Positions 1-12,920 of a stretch of 64,000 nucleotides of DNA are shown piece by piece. The notes below the pieces were generated by a model. The model made no database searches. It saw only the letters and a list, made by a program, of their open reading frames with translations, and had not been told where the DNA came from. This DNA comes from Cyanophora paradoxa CCMP329 (taxonomy: Eukaryota; Plantae; Glaucophyta), in assembly GCA_004431415.1 (NCBI GenBank), contig QPMI01000625.1, positions 62,001 to 126,000 of the forward strand, given 5' to 3'. Within the stretch, counting starts at the first letter, position 1, and each line of letters starts with the position of its first letter. Position numbers and translations under genes: made by a program.

Positions 1-215
1 AGTGGGGTACACGATACTGCAGAAAGGAAGCCGTTGAAACTTTCCGGTCGCGTGCGCGCTGCACATCTCAAAAAGCGAAAATAGAGCCCGATAAGATGTC
101 CGTATCTCCCTCAACTTTTCTCGTGGTGCGCCCCTTCTTGCAACGGCAGCCCATAACGGCCGCACGCCGCCGACGACTTCCAATTCTGCCACATCTGCCA
201 CATACGCACACATTG

Positions 216-1150
216 ATGGAGGATGATCGCAGGTAAATATAATCAGTGCCGAGGCGCCCGAGAAGCGTAAGCGTCTCATCGGGTGCACATTGATAACACT
301 GGCATACTAGCCGTGACGTGACGTGACGCGCTGATTGTGTTCTTAATCTCTGTTCTTCTAGGTCACGCCGCTGTCGCTACTTCGTTGTCTGCCAGGTTGG
401 CGTCCCCGCATCCTCGTGTCTGCACAACTCGCAGTAATCGCCTGTGCAGTACGGATCGGACAGCCGCAATGCGATTCGTACAGCAACGCTGCCGGGCGGG
501 CCCAATATTCCCTACAACCAGTCTTTCCGCCTCCAGCTCGACGGTTTCTCTTCCACTGTTCAAGTCACGCTAATGCGCGAGCGTAAGAATAAGGAAGCAG
601 TCGCCATGGGCGGAATCAAATTTAACATCGACACGAACCTGGACAAAGCCACGGCAGTCGAGAAGACTTACAGCGTTAGCCCGGGCTGCAGCCTGCGCGT
701 CGCATTCCAGCCCGAGGTGCCGCCGAAGCCGGAGCCGGCAGCGGAAGTGTACAGCTACCCGGAGGTTGCCGTGCCCACGGCCGTGCTGCCGGCGGATCCC
801 GAGGCTTATTCGAATTCGGAGACGCCAAGGGGCGTGTCCCGCAGCAACTCCTTCGACCAGTTCCAGCCCCCGCAACAATTCGATTTCTCATCGCCCATCT
901 CGTACGCCCAGCAGACAACACGTACGCCCTTTTCCACTTCCCGTTCCCGTATCTCAAACTCCGTGCAGAGGAGGACGAGCCGCCAAGGCCGCCGTGTTAC
1001 GCGGGCATGCTCTCCTTCCTGACCTCCGGATGCGAAGCTCCCGTCGCTAAGGCCCAGGATTACAATGTGGAGAGCACCAGCTGGCGCTACATCGATTCCA
1101 AGCCGCAGGGCTGGCGCTCTGCGTGGGGCTTGTGGGACGTTGAGCTGTAA
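216..1150 (+). CDS. Spliced protein with N-terminal C2-like beta domain and Pro/Ser-rich tail (5' end may extend further)
   Basis: ATG216, GT-AG introns 233-361, 396-449 and ~922-968 give an open frame: MEDDRRSRRCRYFVVCQYGSDSRNAIRTATLPGGPNIPYNQSFRLQLDG...VTLMRERKNKEAVAMGGIKFNI (C2-like pattern), ending WRSAWGLWDVEL-TAA1150. Confidence 0.55.
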
Positions 1151-1594
1151 GATTCATGTACACTTCTATACATGTAAGATCTCTAAAGATCTACAAGCCA
1201 TGGGTTAGTGCACGACCTCGATATATTAGTGCATGCAGTTCGAACGCCGTATTAATATTCTTATAAATTACGCGTCCAACCTCAAATCAAAGTCCCCACG
1301 GGCTACGCAGACTACAAACACGCATGACCGGTACCGGAGCCCGGATCACTGCATGACTACAGCGCTAGCTATAGCTAGCTATATAGCTAGTATACGTACT
1401 GGTACCGGGACGGTACTGTACTACTAGGCTAGCGACGGAAGGAGGGGTACGCATTTCGGACCGCCAGGGCTCGAAGGAGGGCGCGAGGTGCCGGCGAAAT
1501 CAGCCGCGAGCTGCAGCGTTGTCCAGCGGCAAAGGCAGAAATCCTAGTCGGCCGGCGATCAGGCTAAAGAGCCGCCGGACCGCAGTCGGCTAGC

Positions 1595-4500
1595 ATGGGT
1601 CGGAGAAGAGAAAACGTCGGGTTGGCTGGCCCGGCGGGAGGCTTGGTGTTCGCTGAAGGGCACGTTGTTTCGCGATCTCATGCTGCTAGCTATAGGCGCC
1701 CGCGAAGCCGAGCAAGGTCTGACCAGGCTCGTGCAGGTACTTGCACAAGAGGGCAGCGCTGGGTCGATGGAAGCGGAAGTTCTTCATCATCAAAGGGAGC
1801 TCGCTGTTGTGCGGAAGAAAGCCCGACGTGCGCACCCTTAGCCGTCGCGAACCGCGCAAGAGCTGGAGCTAAGAGCCTCTGCGCTGACGCGGGCTCCTGC
1901 GCGGCTGGCGGACTCCTTTCCGCAGAGCACGAAGTTCAAACCGATGACTCTGCCGAGCGATATTCCAGCGCGGATCATTGGCGGACTCTCGCAGAAGGGC
2001 GGCAAGTACGGCTTCACGGTGCGCACACCGTCCGAGCCCTCGCACACGTCCTTGATGGCGCGGCGGCGTCGTCTTATCATTGCGCGGCGTGACGGGTCTG
2101 ATTGCGGGGGCAGGTGGCGCTGGCGAGACGGACGGTCTTGTTCGCGGACTCGGAGGCGGAGCGGCAGAAGTGGATCAACGGCTTCCTCGCCATCGGGTAC
2201 AAATTCGTGGACGATCCGGTGCGCGAGGTGGGTGGGGGCGATGAGACCGGGGCGAGACGGGGCCGGCAGCTGGCGGAGGATGGGGCGGGGGAGACGCTGG
2301 ACGAGCTGGCGGTGGCGGTGGAGGACGCGGAGGAGAGCCGCAGGGCCATCCGCGACCTGCCGGGTCTCGCCGAGCGGCCCTTCTTCGCGGAGAACCTCCC
2401 GAGCCCCGCCCCATTCGGCCCCGGCCTCCACCGCATGACCGAGCTGCCGCGCTGGGACCTGCCCCCAGTCGCCGTGACACGCCTGGGGCGCGGCCCGCTG
2501 GCGCCGGAGGCGGTGCAGTCGACTGGCGTGCTGGCGGGCCTTCTGCGGGAGCGGGCAGGGGAGGGCGCGGAGCGGGAGGCCCTGCTGGACGGGCTGGCTC
2601 GGGAGGCGCTGGAGGAGATGGCGGCGCTGCTCTCGCCGGCCGTCGGCGAGTGCTACGAGGTCGCCCAGCTCGTCTGCTCCCGCCAGCCCGAGGTCGCGAA
2701 CCGCGCCCTCCTTCTCCTCCTCTCCAAGGCGACGGCGGCGGCGGTCGGGAGCGGGAAGCTCGCTTCGGTCAACTGGGACGCCCTACACGTGCTAGGTCTC
2801 GCCCTTCAGCACGCCCAGCCGGGCTCCGTCCCCGTCAAGACCGCCGCCCTCCTCGCCCGCTCGGGCCGCGTGCGCACCGCCGGCCCGGGGCGCCGTGGAT
2901 TGGATTGGCGGGGTTCCGACGCGGCGCGCAGATGCTGCTGGAGATGGCGGTTGGGAGGCACCAGCGCCGCTCGAGCGCCGCGCCGTACGACGAGGAGGCG
3001 CCCTCCGAGCTCGCCGCCGTCGCTTCCGGTGCGCCAGCGCGTGCCGACCGCCCTCGCGCGTCGAGGCGAGGGCCTCCCGCGCAGGGGCGCACCGGGCGGT
3101 GCAGGCGGTGGGGGTCCTGCTGGACGGCCTGGAGAGCGCGGCGCCGTACGAGCGGAGCCTGGAGCGGGCGGCGGGGTACGGGGCGATGGCGTCGCGGGAG
3201 CTGCGGGCGGTGGACCACCTGCTGCGGGACCTCGAGGAGGGCGAGTTCGAGCACCTCGGGGAGGCGGCGCGCTCGATAGCCATGGGCCCAGCGGCGGCGC
3301 GCGCCGTCATCGCCGCTGAGGCCGCATACGCCCGCCAGGCCCTCGCCCTCCTCGCCCCGCACTTCGATCGGCCCTCCCAACGCGATCCCGCCGCCGCCCC
3401 GGAGCCCGACGCCGACGACGCCGCCTCGCAGCGCTCGGCGCCCTCATCGCGCCGCTCGGGCGGGCGGGGCGGGGCGGCGGCGGGCGCGGAGCCGGCAGCA
3501 CGGCTCGCATCGTTCACGCAGTGCCTGCGGACGGCGGTGGGGCGCTCCAAAGCCGGCGCCGCCGACGCCGCGGAGCTCCTCCGCGCGGACTCGGGCGTCG
3601 GGTACGGCGGGCGGCGCGACCCTCTGCAGGCTCTCGGAGCCGGCACCCTCCTCGACTGCGCCCTCGGCTGCAAGGGCCGCGGGGCCTTCCCCTGCCCCGT
3701 CCCCGTCCCCGCCCTCCCGCCCTCCTTCCTCGCCGAGACGCTAGCCGCGTGGGGCCTGGAGTGCGCGAACGCGGCCGGCGCGGCGGCGTCGGCGGCGGCC
3801 CTCGCGCGGGGCGGCTCGGACACGGAAGGCGAGGATGGCGGCGGGTACGAGACGGACGGGGCGTCGTCGGTCGCGTCCGGGAGCACGGTCTCGTCGGGCC
3901 GCGGCCTCGGGGGCTCGGCCTGGCGCCGCGCCGCCCCCGAGACGTGGTACGTGCAGGCGCGACTGCTCGCCGCCCTCGCGGACCGCGGCTGCCTGGCGGA
4001 CGTCGAGCGCCTCATGAGCGGGAACGCGAGCATGGAGGTCTCAGTGCGGGGCACGCCGCTCGGCGTCTGGATCGCCGGCCGCATGCACGCCCTCGCGTCG
4101 ACTGCGCCGGAGCGGCACGTTGCCGAGGCGGCGACGCGCTTCTGCGCCTTCCTCGCCCTGGCCGGCTCCGGAGGCTCATGGCTCGTCGACGAGGGGGCAG
4201 ACAAGGCGGGGGTTCCCGCGAGCGGCGGCGGCCGGCGGCGGAACTCGATGTTGCCGGGGGCGGACCTCGTCGGCTCGGCGGAGGCGGAGCTGCTCTTGTG
4301 CGGCGTCCACAGCCTCGTGGAGATCGGCTGCCATCCCGAGAACGGCCGACGCGAGGCGCGCGGGGCCTCGCGCCGCGCGCAGCCCGCCACGAGGCCGGCT
4401 GACGGTTGCCGGCAGGTGGCGCGGGAGCTGCTGAAGGAGTTGCAGATGGCGGCTGCAATGGCGCGCGACGCGCACGTGCAGGCGGTCCTCCGAGAGGAGA

Positions 4501-7500
4501 TGGAGCGCGTCGGCGGGCCCGGCAGCACCGCAGTCGACCGCCTCCTCATCCGCAACGAGGTCCCCGCCGTCCAGACTGAGGACACCGGCCCCGTCGTCGC
4601 GCAGGCGCGTCCCCCGCCGCCCTGTCTGCGCGGGCCGGGCTAGCGTGGCGGCGGCTGAGGAGGGGCGCAGTTCGTGGAGTGCGTGCGGGGCCGGCTGGCG
4701 GAGCGGCAGCCGGCGGGCTCGCTGGACGACGCGCTTGCCCGCACGCGCGACGCCGCCCTCGACGAGCTTGCTGAGTGCGGCAGCCGCCGGCGCCGCGCCC
4801 CGCGCCGCCGGCCTCACACAGCGCGCAGGAGCCTAGACGAGGGCCTGCACGTGCCGCTGGTGGCGAGCGTGGTGGGGGCCCCCGGGGCGTCGAGAGCGGG
4901 TGTGCGCGAGGTCGGCGTCGACCTCGAGTCCCGCGCCCTGCGCTTCGTGGAGGCAGCGCGGGCCGACGAGGGCGCGCATCGCGTACTCCTCATCGCCGGC
5001 GACATGGGGTCGGGAAAGACGACCGTCGCGCGGCGCCTCGTGCGCGCCCTCTGGCTCGCCTGGCGCCCCGGCGGCTCCGGCCCCGTGCCACTCTTCATCC
5101 CGCTGCGGAGCCCGCGGTCGATCGCGGACGGGCGGCTAGTGACGGAGCAATTCGAGGCGATGCGGCTTTCGCAGGACCAGGCGCAGCAGGCCGCCCGCCG
5201 CTACGGCCTCGTCTTCGTCCTCGATGGCTTCGACGAGATGGGCCTCCGCGCCAACCTCTGGCCCGCCCCCCGTCCGCCCCGCCTTGCCGCGGCTCGTGAC
5301 GCCGGCCGCAGGGTGGAGTTCCTCGAACGCTGGGCCGCCTGCGCCGTCGTCACCTGCCGCACCGACTACCTCGCCACCCTCGGGCGCTACAAGGCCTGCC
5401 AGGCCCCGCCCCGCCCCGCCGCGCGCGTTTGCGTCTGATTGCGGGCGCAGGTACTGTTCTGCCCGTGGGAGGGGCGGCCGCCCCGGCCGCAGCTGGAGGC
5501 GCTGCTGGAAGCAAAGATCCACCCCTTTACGCGGCGGCAGTCCACCGCCTTCGTTCGCAAGTTCGTCGCAAGGGCATACGGCGCCGATGACGCCGCCGCC
5601 CCACCCGAGGTCGAAGAGGAGGCCCCGCCGCGGCGGCCCCCGCCCAGCGTCCCGGCAGCGCCGCCCCCGCCCCCGCAGCGGCCCTCGCTGGACGGCTCGG
5701 CGGCGGGCTGCGGGGCCCGGGAGCGGCGCCGCGGCGGGGACGGGGCTGCGGGGCCCCGGGAGCGAGGCGGGAGGTTCGGTGGTGGAGACGCGCAGTGTGG
5801 CGTCCGGGGGCCTGGCGGAGCGAGGGCGCGTGCGACAAGCCTTCGTGGCGACCTCCTCCATGACCCTCGCCGAAAAGCGGCCCTCCGGGGCCCGCCGCCG
5901 CTCCTCCAACATCGCCGGTGGCGCCGGCGAGACGGGGCCCTCCCGGCCCGCACCCGCCCCGCGCCCCGTGCCCGCACCCCTGCTCGCGAGCGCCCGCGGC
6001 TGCCGGCAGCCGAGGGGTCCGGCGGCAGCGCCCGCTCGGGGCGCTCCTCTCACGACGTGCGCGGCGAGCCCGAGCGGGAACCAGGGCGGGAGCCCGAGCG
6101 GAGGCTCGTCCCGGCGCCGGCGCCGGCCCCCGTGCAGCGAACCTTTCCACGGGAGTCGCGCGGCTCGCGGAGCGAGTGGCTGCGCGAGCAGATCGACGCG
6201 ATCCCGGGCCTCGACTCGCTGGCCTCCAACCCGATGATCGTGCGACGCGCCGCCCCCGCTCGCGGCGGGGCCCGCCTGCTGACACGGCGCGCAGCTCTTC
6301 ATGATGGTGCAGACGATGGAGCCTATCGAGGCTTACTGGCGCGAGCAGGCCGCCGCCGTCCACGCCGGCTCCTCCCACCGCGTCTTCCGCGTGCGCCGCC
6401 GCCCCGCCGCCGCCGCGCTGAGCCGGCGAGCCGACGGGCGGGAATCCGCGTTTGCGTGCAGATGACGGCGCTGGAGGTTTTCCGCATTTACGTGCGCGAG
6501 TACGTGCAACGGCGCGCAGCGGCGCTGCTGGCCGCGGAGCGGAAGCGGGGCGGGGGCGGGGGCGGGCGCGAGGCCGACCTGCTGGCGCGCCTGGAGATGG
6601 CCGTCCGCGTCTTCAGCGGGGAGATGGCCGTCAATCTCTTCCGCGTGCGCCGGCCGCCCGCCGCCCAGGGCCGCCCCCCGCCGGTTCGAGCGCCGCGCAG
6701 GAGGGCGTCCGCGAGGTGCGCTTCCACATGAGCAGCGCCGAGGACCTCGTCCGCGAGCTCGACGCCCGCCTCTTCTCCCCTGCCGGCTCCGCCCGCGGCC
6801 CCGCCCCCGACGTGCGCCGGCCCCCCGCCCTCGCAGCCCCCAGCCTTACGCACCTGGCGTCGCAGGCGGGTGCCCTCTCAGCGGGCCCCGGCCCTGAGCC
6901 CATTCGGGGAGGGGGCGTGCTGGGCCCCCCCGGCACGGGAAGCGGCGAAGCGGATCGGGCGTGGCGGCGGCTGCTCTTCCAGGCGGAGCCAGCGGTGCTG
7001 CGGGCGGCGCGCCAGTTCTCCCCCGTCCGGCAGGAGTCGGGTCCCGCCGGCCGCTGGCTCGCCTTCTTCTTCACGCACCACGCCCTCGGTGCGCACTGCT
7101 GCCCCGCCCCCGCCGCCCCCATGCGGCCGATGCGGCGCCCGGCGCTCGAGCGCAGCCGACTATTTCCTTGCCGAGTCGTGCCTCCTCGCGCTGCCGCTCG
7201 CCCCGCCACCGCCGCCGCCCGGCACCGACCCCGGCCTCCCCACGGGCCAGCGCCTTGCGCCCGACCCGGCGCCGGCGCGTCACGAGGGCGCCGGCGGCGC
7301 GCCAGGCCCGCGGCCGGCGGGAGCGGGCGTCTCGCTTTTCCGGGAGACACGGGAGTGGGCCCCGGTGCACGCGCAGCTGAGCGAGAAGAACCTGATTGAG
7401 GCGGCCGCCGTCGCGCGCTTCCTCGCCGACGCCGTCGCCATCGACCCCTCGCCCGTCCCGCCCGCGCGCCCGGTGGCCCCTTCGCCGACGCGCCCGGCGC

Positions 7501-10500
7501 CTTACAGCGGGGACCCCCGCGTGCGCGGTCTTTTCCTCGAGGCGGTCCTCGCCTCGCGCGCGGCCGGCTGGGACGGCACGCCGACCGCCACACGCGCCTG
7601 CTCGGCCGCCGCGGTCGCTGCGACCGTCCTGGCGGCGGCGCAGGTGCCCCTCGCGGGCCTCGACCTCGCGCGCGTGCGCATGCCGGGGGCCCTCCTCGCT
7701 GGCGCCAACCTCGCGGGGGCCTCCCTCGTGGGGGCCGACCTCTCGCACGCCTCCCTTGCCGGCGCCTGCCTCGCGGGGGCGGATCTCACCGACGCCGTCC
7801 TCACGGGCGCCGCCCTCGGCGAGCGGCCACGCCTCGAGCCCGACGAGTGCGGGCCCGCCGCCCTCTCGGGCGCCCTCCGGCCCCTGCCCCGCGCCCCGGC
7901 CCTGCACCGCGCCGGCCCGCCCTCGGTGGAGAGCGCGGCGCGCGGGGCCCCGGCGCCGGCAATCACGTGCGTGTGCGTGTCACGGGACGGGCGGCTGGTG
8001 GCGGTGGGCGGCTCGGACCGGACGGTCACGCTGTACGAGGTGGAGGGGCGGCCGGGCCCGGCGCGCGTCCTTTCGGGCCACGCGGCGGCCGTGACGTGCC
8101 TCGGGCTCTCCGCCGACGGTACGCTCCTGGCGTCGGGCTCGGACGATGCGACGGTGCGGGTGTGGGACGTCGCCACGGGGCGCGAGACGCACTGCCTGCG
8201 GGGCCACGGCGGGCCCGTGCGGGCCCTCCACTTCCTCCCCGCCCCCGTCATCCCCCCGGTGCTCGTCTCGGGCGCCTGGGACAACACCGTCCGCCTCTGG
8301 AAGCTAGGGCCCGGCGGGGCCGCCGAGGAGGCGCGCACCCTTGGCGGGCCCTCCTCCTGCGCGTGGGTCACCTCCGTCGCCATCTCCGCAGACGGTCCGC
8401 CCCTCCCACGCCCTCTCCTCTGCGCGCCCCGCTCCGCGCCTCACTGGGCCCCACCGCAGGGGCAACGGTGGCGGCGGGCTGCGATGACAAGGCCGTGCGG
8501 GTCTGGGACACGCGGAACGGGCAGCTGCGGCACACGCTGCGTGGCTACCACGAAGCGGCAGTGACGGTGCTGGCGATGTCGCACGACGGGCGCCACCTCC
8601 TCTCAGTCGCCGACGACGGCTCCCGCGTCGTCTGGGAGCTCCCCACCGGCCGCCCCGCCCGCCTCCACCGCGACCCGCTGCCCCTCGAGACGCCCGCCGG
8701 CCCCGCCGCCGCGCACGTCGCGGCGGCCGCCTCCTGGCCGGCTGGCGTGGCGGTGCTCGCGCTCCCCGCGGGGGCCGGCGCCCTGCTACGCGACCTCGAA
8801 ACGGGCGCTGAGCTGCTCCGTGTACCCGGTCCGCCGCCCCGCCCGCCCCCACATCAGCGCTGCGGGCCCGACGGGACGCTTAGGGCACCGCTCACCGGGG
8901 CCCCTCGCGGCCCTCGCCCTCTCCGACGACGCCCGCCTGCTCCTCCTCGCCTCCGCATCCCCCGACGACCGGTCCCTCTGGTGCCCGGCGCCGCGCCGCG
9001 CCACGGCCCCCCGCGCGGGCCCCATTGCCACTGAAGCGACCGGCAGCGTCTACGACGTGGAGGAGGAGATGCGGCGCCAGGCGGGCGGCTACAGCGTTGC
9101 CTGTGCGGCCCTCGCACCGCTCCCTCTGGCACGGGGTGGAGCGGCGGGGCCGACAACGGGGCCGGCGCCCTCGCCGGGGGCCCTCGCACTGGCGGAGCTC
9201 GATGACCTCTCAGTGCGTCTCCTCGAGGCCGCCTCGGGCCGCGAGACGCGCCGCCTGCGCGTCGCCCCCGCCGAGGCTGCTCCCGAGGAGGCCGGGGCGG
9301 TGGCCACCCTTGAGCATATCCGCTGCGTCGCCTGGTCGCCCGACGGGCGCCTCCTCGCGGTGGGCACCTCGCTGGGGCGCGTCGCCCTGTTCGAGCCGGA
9401 CGCCGGGCGCGAGCTGGGTGTCGCCCAAGGGCACGCCGCCGCCTGTGAGGCCCTCGCCTTCACGGGCCTCACCGACAACGCTCACGAGCTCGCCTCCGCC
9501 GGCGCCGACGGCTCCGTCATGTCCGCCCGCCCACACGCGCCCCCAGCCGCTCTCAGCCCTCGCGCCCCTGCCCTTACGCCCCGTGCAGCATGTACCTCCT
9601 GCGGGGTGGGCCAATCGGTGCCCTTTCCAAGCCCCTCTTCCAGGCCACGGGCCGGCATGAGGGGCGCCGCGGCGATGTCGCCGCCCCGTGCCTTGCCCTC
9701 GCGGCGTCGCCGCCGACGGCTCTCTACGGACCGCCCTGGGCCAGCGGTGCCGGCGCTCGCGTTCTCGCCGTCGGTCCGCTGGCCCCCGCCCATCCGTTGC
9801 GCCACGCGGGCAGCTGATCTCCGGCGGCAGGCCTGGGGGACGGGTACGTGCAGCTCTGGGACGTGCACACGGGGACGAAGGGCCCCGAGCTCTGCCACGG
9901 GGAGGGGGCGGTGACGTCCCTTGCGTACCACCGCGGCGGGCGAGTGATCGCATCGGGTGGCGCGGACGGCGCGGTACAGCTCTGGTCGGTGGAGACGGCG
10001 GGGGCCCTGCGGCAGCTGCGGGGCCACACCGGGCCTGTTCTCGCCCTCGCTTTCGTCGTAGACCCCGACGAGGACCTCGACGACGATGAGGGCGGGCCCG
10101 ACTGGCGCGGCTCAGGGTGCGACCCGCCTCCCGCCCCGCCCCCACTCCGCCTCTCACGCGCGGCACTCCAGCGCGGACGATGGCACGCGGGTGCTGCTTG
10201 CATCGGGCTCGGCGGACCACACGGCGCGCCTGTGGGATGCAGCCGCTGGCCGCAGCCTGAGGATCTTGCCCGGCCACCACGGGTGCGCGGCGCGACCCAC
10301 CGCGCAACGTGGCGGGCGTCAATGAGGGCCTGCAGGCGGGTGCACAGCGTGGCAGTGAGCGCGCGGCGTGGGATCGTTGTGACGGCGTCAGCGGACGACA
10401 CCGTCCGCTGCCTCACGTGGGCACGACCGGCGGAGGGCACGCGGGCGCCCGATGGGGCCCACACCCGTGGCTTTGGCGCTCTGTTTGTGCGCACCCGGCC

Positions 10501-11630
10501 CCTCTCTGGTCTTCTTCTCCGCTGAAAACGGGGAACAGGGCCGGGGTCGGCGTCGGGGCGTATTGGGAAAGCTATGCAGCTGCGGGGGTCTGACCGCCAT
10601 CTGTGGCGCTTCGGCGTGCTCCTGCTGCGAACGCCTCTCCGTCGCCAGCGTCCTCGACTCGTGCCTCCCCTCCACGGACCCCAGGGCGCCTCCGCCCCAA
10701 TCCCAAGTGCGTCTCCACCTCTTCCCTGTCCGTGTGACCTGATGACGCCTTCCGCAGCCGGCAAGGAGCCTGCGGCGTCTGACGAGCGAACCGGCCGCCC
10801 CGGAGCAGCTTTCCTCTGGTGACGGGACCGTGTGCACGCCCTGCTCTACCTTGGATGCCCCCGATCGACACAGGGCCGGGCCGCAGGGGGACTTGAGGGA
10901 CGGCCTGGGCCTCCTGGCGATTGGGTGGCGTGCAGGCCGGCTCCGGCTTGAGGCGAAGGGGGCGACAACGAGCGGCCTGAGCGCCGATCTCGATGGCGGC
11001 AGTCTGCAGCTGATCGCCCAGGCAGCGGGCCGCCCCGTCTCTGCCCTCACCACCCCACACCTCGCCAGCCCCGTCTTCCAGCCCCTCTCCGCGGATCGTT
11101 CCCTCCCCCCCCCATCTCCTGCCCGTCACACTCCGCCCGCCTCGGAAGCCTCCCCAGGGGGCCCACCACCCCACGGTGGCTTTGCGTCCTCGATGGCGCG
11201 ACCCTCGTTTGAGGGGCAGCGTCTGGGGAGTCACACAAACAGCCCTCGCCCATCCCTTGACCGCCAAAGCAACAGCGGCCAGAGCGCGCACTCTCTTTCT
11301 GGTCCCGCTCCGCCTCCTCCATTTAGGACTGGTGGAAGCGAAGGCGGGGCACGCTCCTCGTCGCCTGTGCCGAGGTGCACTGGTTTCTGCTTTCCACTTT
11401 TCAACTGCAGTCCGAATCCCGCTGAACGCTTCTGATTCTCGCTTTTCAACGGCAGTTCTGCTTCGCAGCAGTGGCGAAGTGCCCTGCCGCCCCCGCCCCC
11501 ACAAGACAATGCAAGAAACATCTTCCCTGTCATGAGCCACCCCTACGGCTCGCCCGATTCCACACCCGCCACCAAAGACACTAACACTGATGCTGGCCGG
11601 CGCTCCTTCTTCTCAAGGCGCAAAAAGTAG
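1595..11630 (+). CDS. NLR-like STAND NTPase: PH domain, helical region, NACHT, pentapeptide repeats, WD40 repeats (multi-exon)
   Basis: PH motifs EGYLHKRAALGRWKRKFFIIKG and LFADSEAERQKWI; Walker A LIAGDMGSGKTT (~4990-5024); PVPLFIPL; Walker B LVFVLDGFDEM; sensor VVTCRTDYL; pentapeptides GALLAGANLAGASLVGADLSHASLAGACLAGADLTDAVL (~7680-7815); WD repeats such as GHAAAVTCLGLSADGTLLASGSDDATVRVWD; last exon ends RSFFSRRKK-TAG11630. Confidence 0.8.
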
Positions 11631-12920
11631 GAACTCTTTAGGACAAACGTGGGTCTAGAGTAGCCGGTTCCTTTCTTTCTGCTAGATTAATTTCGTAGTT
11701 ACAGCCGAGATCTACATAACGCATTGTGAAACGACACGTGATGCCAGCTACCATGGTCCATGGCGCAGTGTTCAACTGAAGAGGCAGATTGAATTCCAAA
11801 ATTGATTGACAACAGAACCGAGGTCGAGATCAAAATCATTGAACTCAGCCTGGCAGTGTACTACGTACGGTATCAAAAATCTCACAAGCTTAAGCCTTGA
11901 AGCCAGCCTCGAGCTCACAAGCTTATAATATATAATTAAGCCAGCCGCGGCGCATGGGCAAGCACACGTGCATGCACACTGCGCACTGCGGCAAACCGTG
12001 CACGTGCGCAGGGCAAGTATACGTATATCTAAGTGCAGGAGCACGCAAGCTTAAGGTTTGCCAAGTTGCAAGCCATCCCCCGTGCACCTCTCGAGCTCTA
12101 CCTGTTCAAGCTTATAATTAAGCTTCTATACAAGTGAAGCCGAGTCCAGCCTGGCATGCGCAGGGTCTCCTAGGCCTCCCCTCCAGAGATTCATGCAGGG
12201 GCCGGGGGATTTTCATGTTCGATTCTGTGTTAGTGCCCGAAACTTGAAAACGTGCGAATCAGGCAAAGGAGTCACTGAGTACCATTTTCGGGATCCCAGA
12301 GGCCGAAAATGGGGTAGTATAGTATCAACTCGTTGTGCTTAATTTTGATGGCGGTGGCAAATAATGTCCAGCACCAACCTAAGGGCCTCGAACGCGTTGC
12401 TTCGGAGCCCATCCGCTAGCTAACGCATATATAGCTCTGTGCAGGACGCGGAGGGCGCGACCGCGCTCCACGTCGCCTGCGGGAGGGGCCTCGCGGGCGG
12501 GGCGAAGGTGCTGCTGGAGGCTGGTGCCCGCGCGGGGATCGATCTTCTCGCGGCCGAGGACCCAGCGCCCGCGAAAGGCACACCTTGAAGGCCCAAGATC
12601 CTAAGGCCACTCCTGCTCCGCAGGGACTCGCTTGTTAGGCATAAATAGTGTTAGCACACGTAAGTAATTCGACTACCATCAATCTAGCTAATTCTACGAA
12701 CAGAAAATGCTGTGTAAGTTAGACACTACGCACAACCATAAAATAAAAAAAGCGGGCCCTCTCTCTGGTCCCTGCCCTACGGGGCTCGCTCGGAAGCAGC
12801 ACGGGCTCCTCCAAAAGCGCGAGCCGAGGGCCGAAATGCCCCGCACGCATGCGCCACACCAGCCCTCCACAGCTAGTGCCGGGGGTGGCTGCCAAGGGAC
12901 GCAGCGCCGGGCGCGTCTTC

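Noticed and set aside
2792-10764. Many long Arg/Pro/Ala-rich ORFs on both strands
   Set aside because: Shadow frames of the very GC-rich NLR-like gene, with no domain motifs
12180-12410. Sequence with the look of a transposon terminus
   Set aside because: Single copy in the window; no partner or duplication to support it
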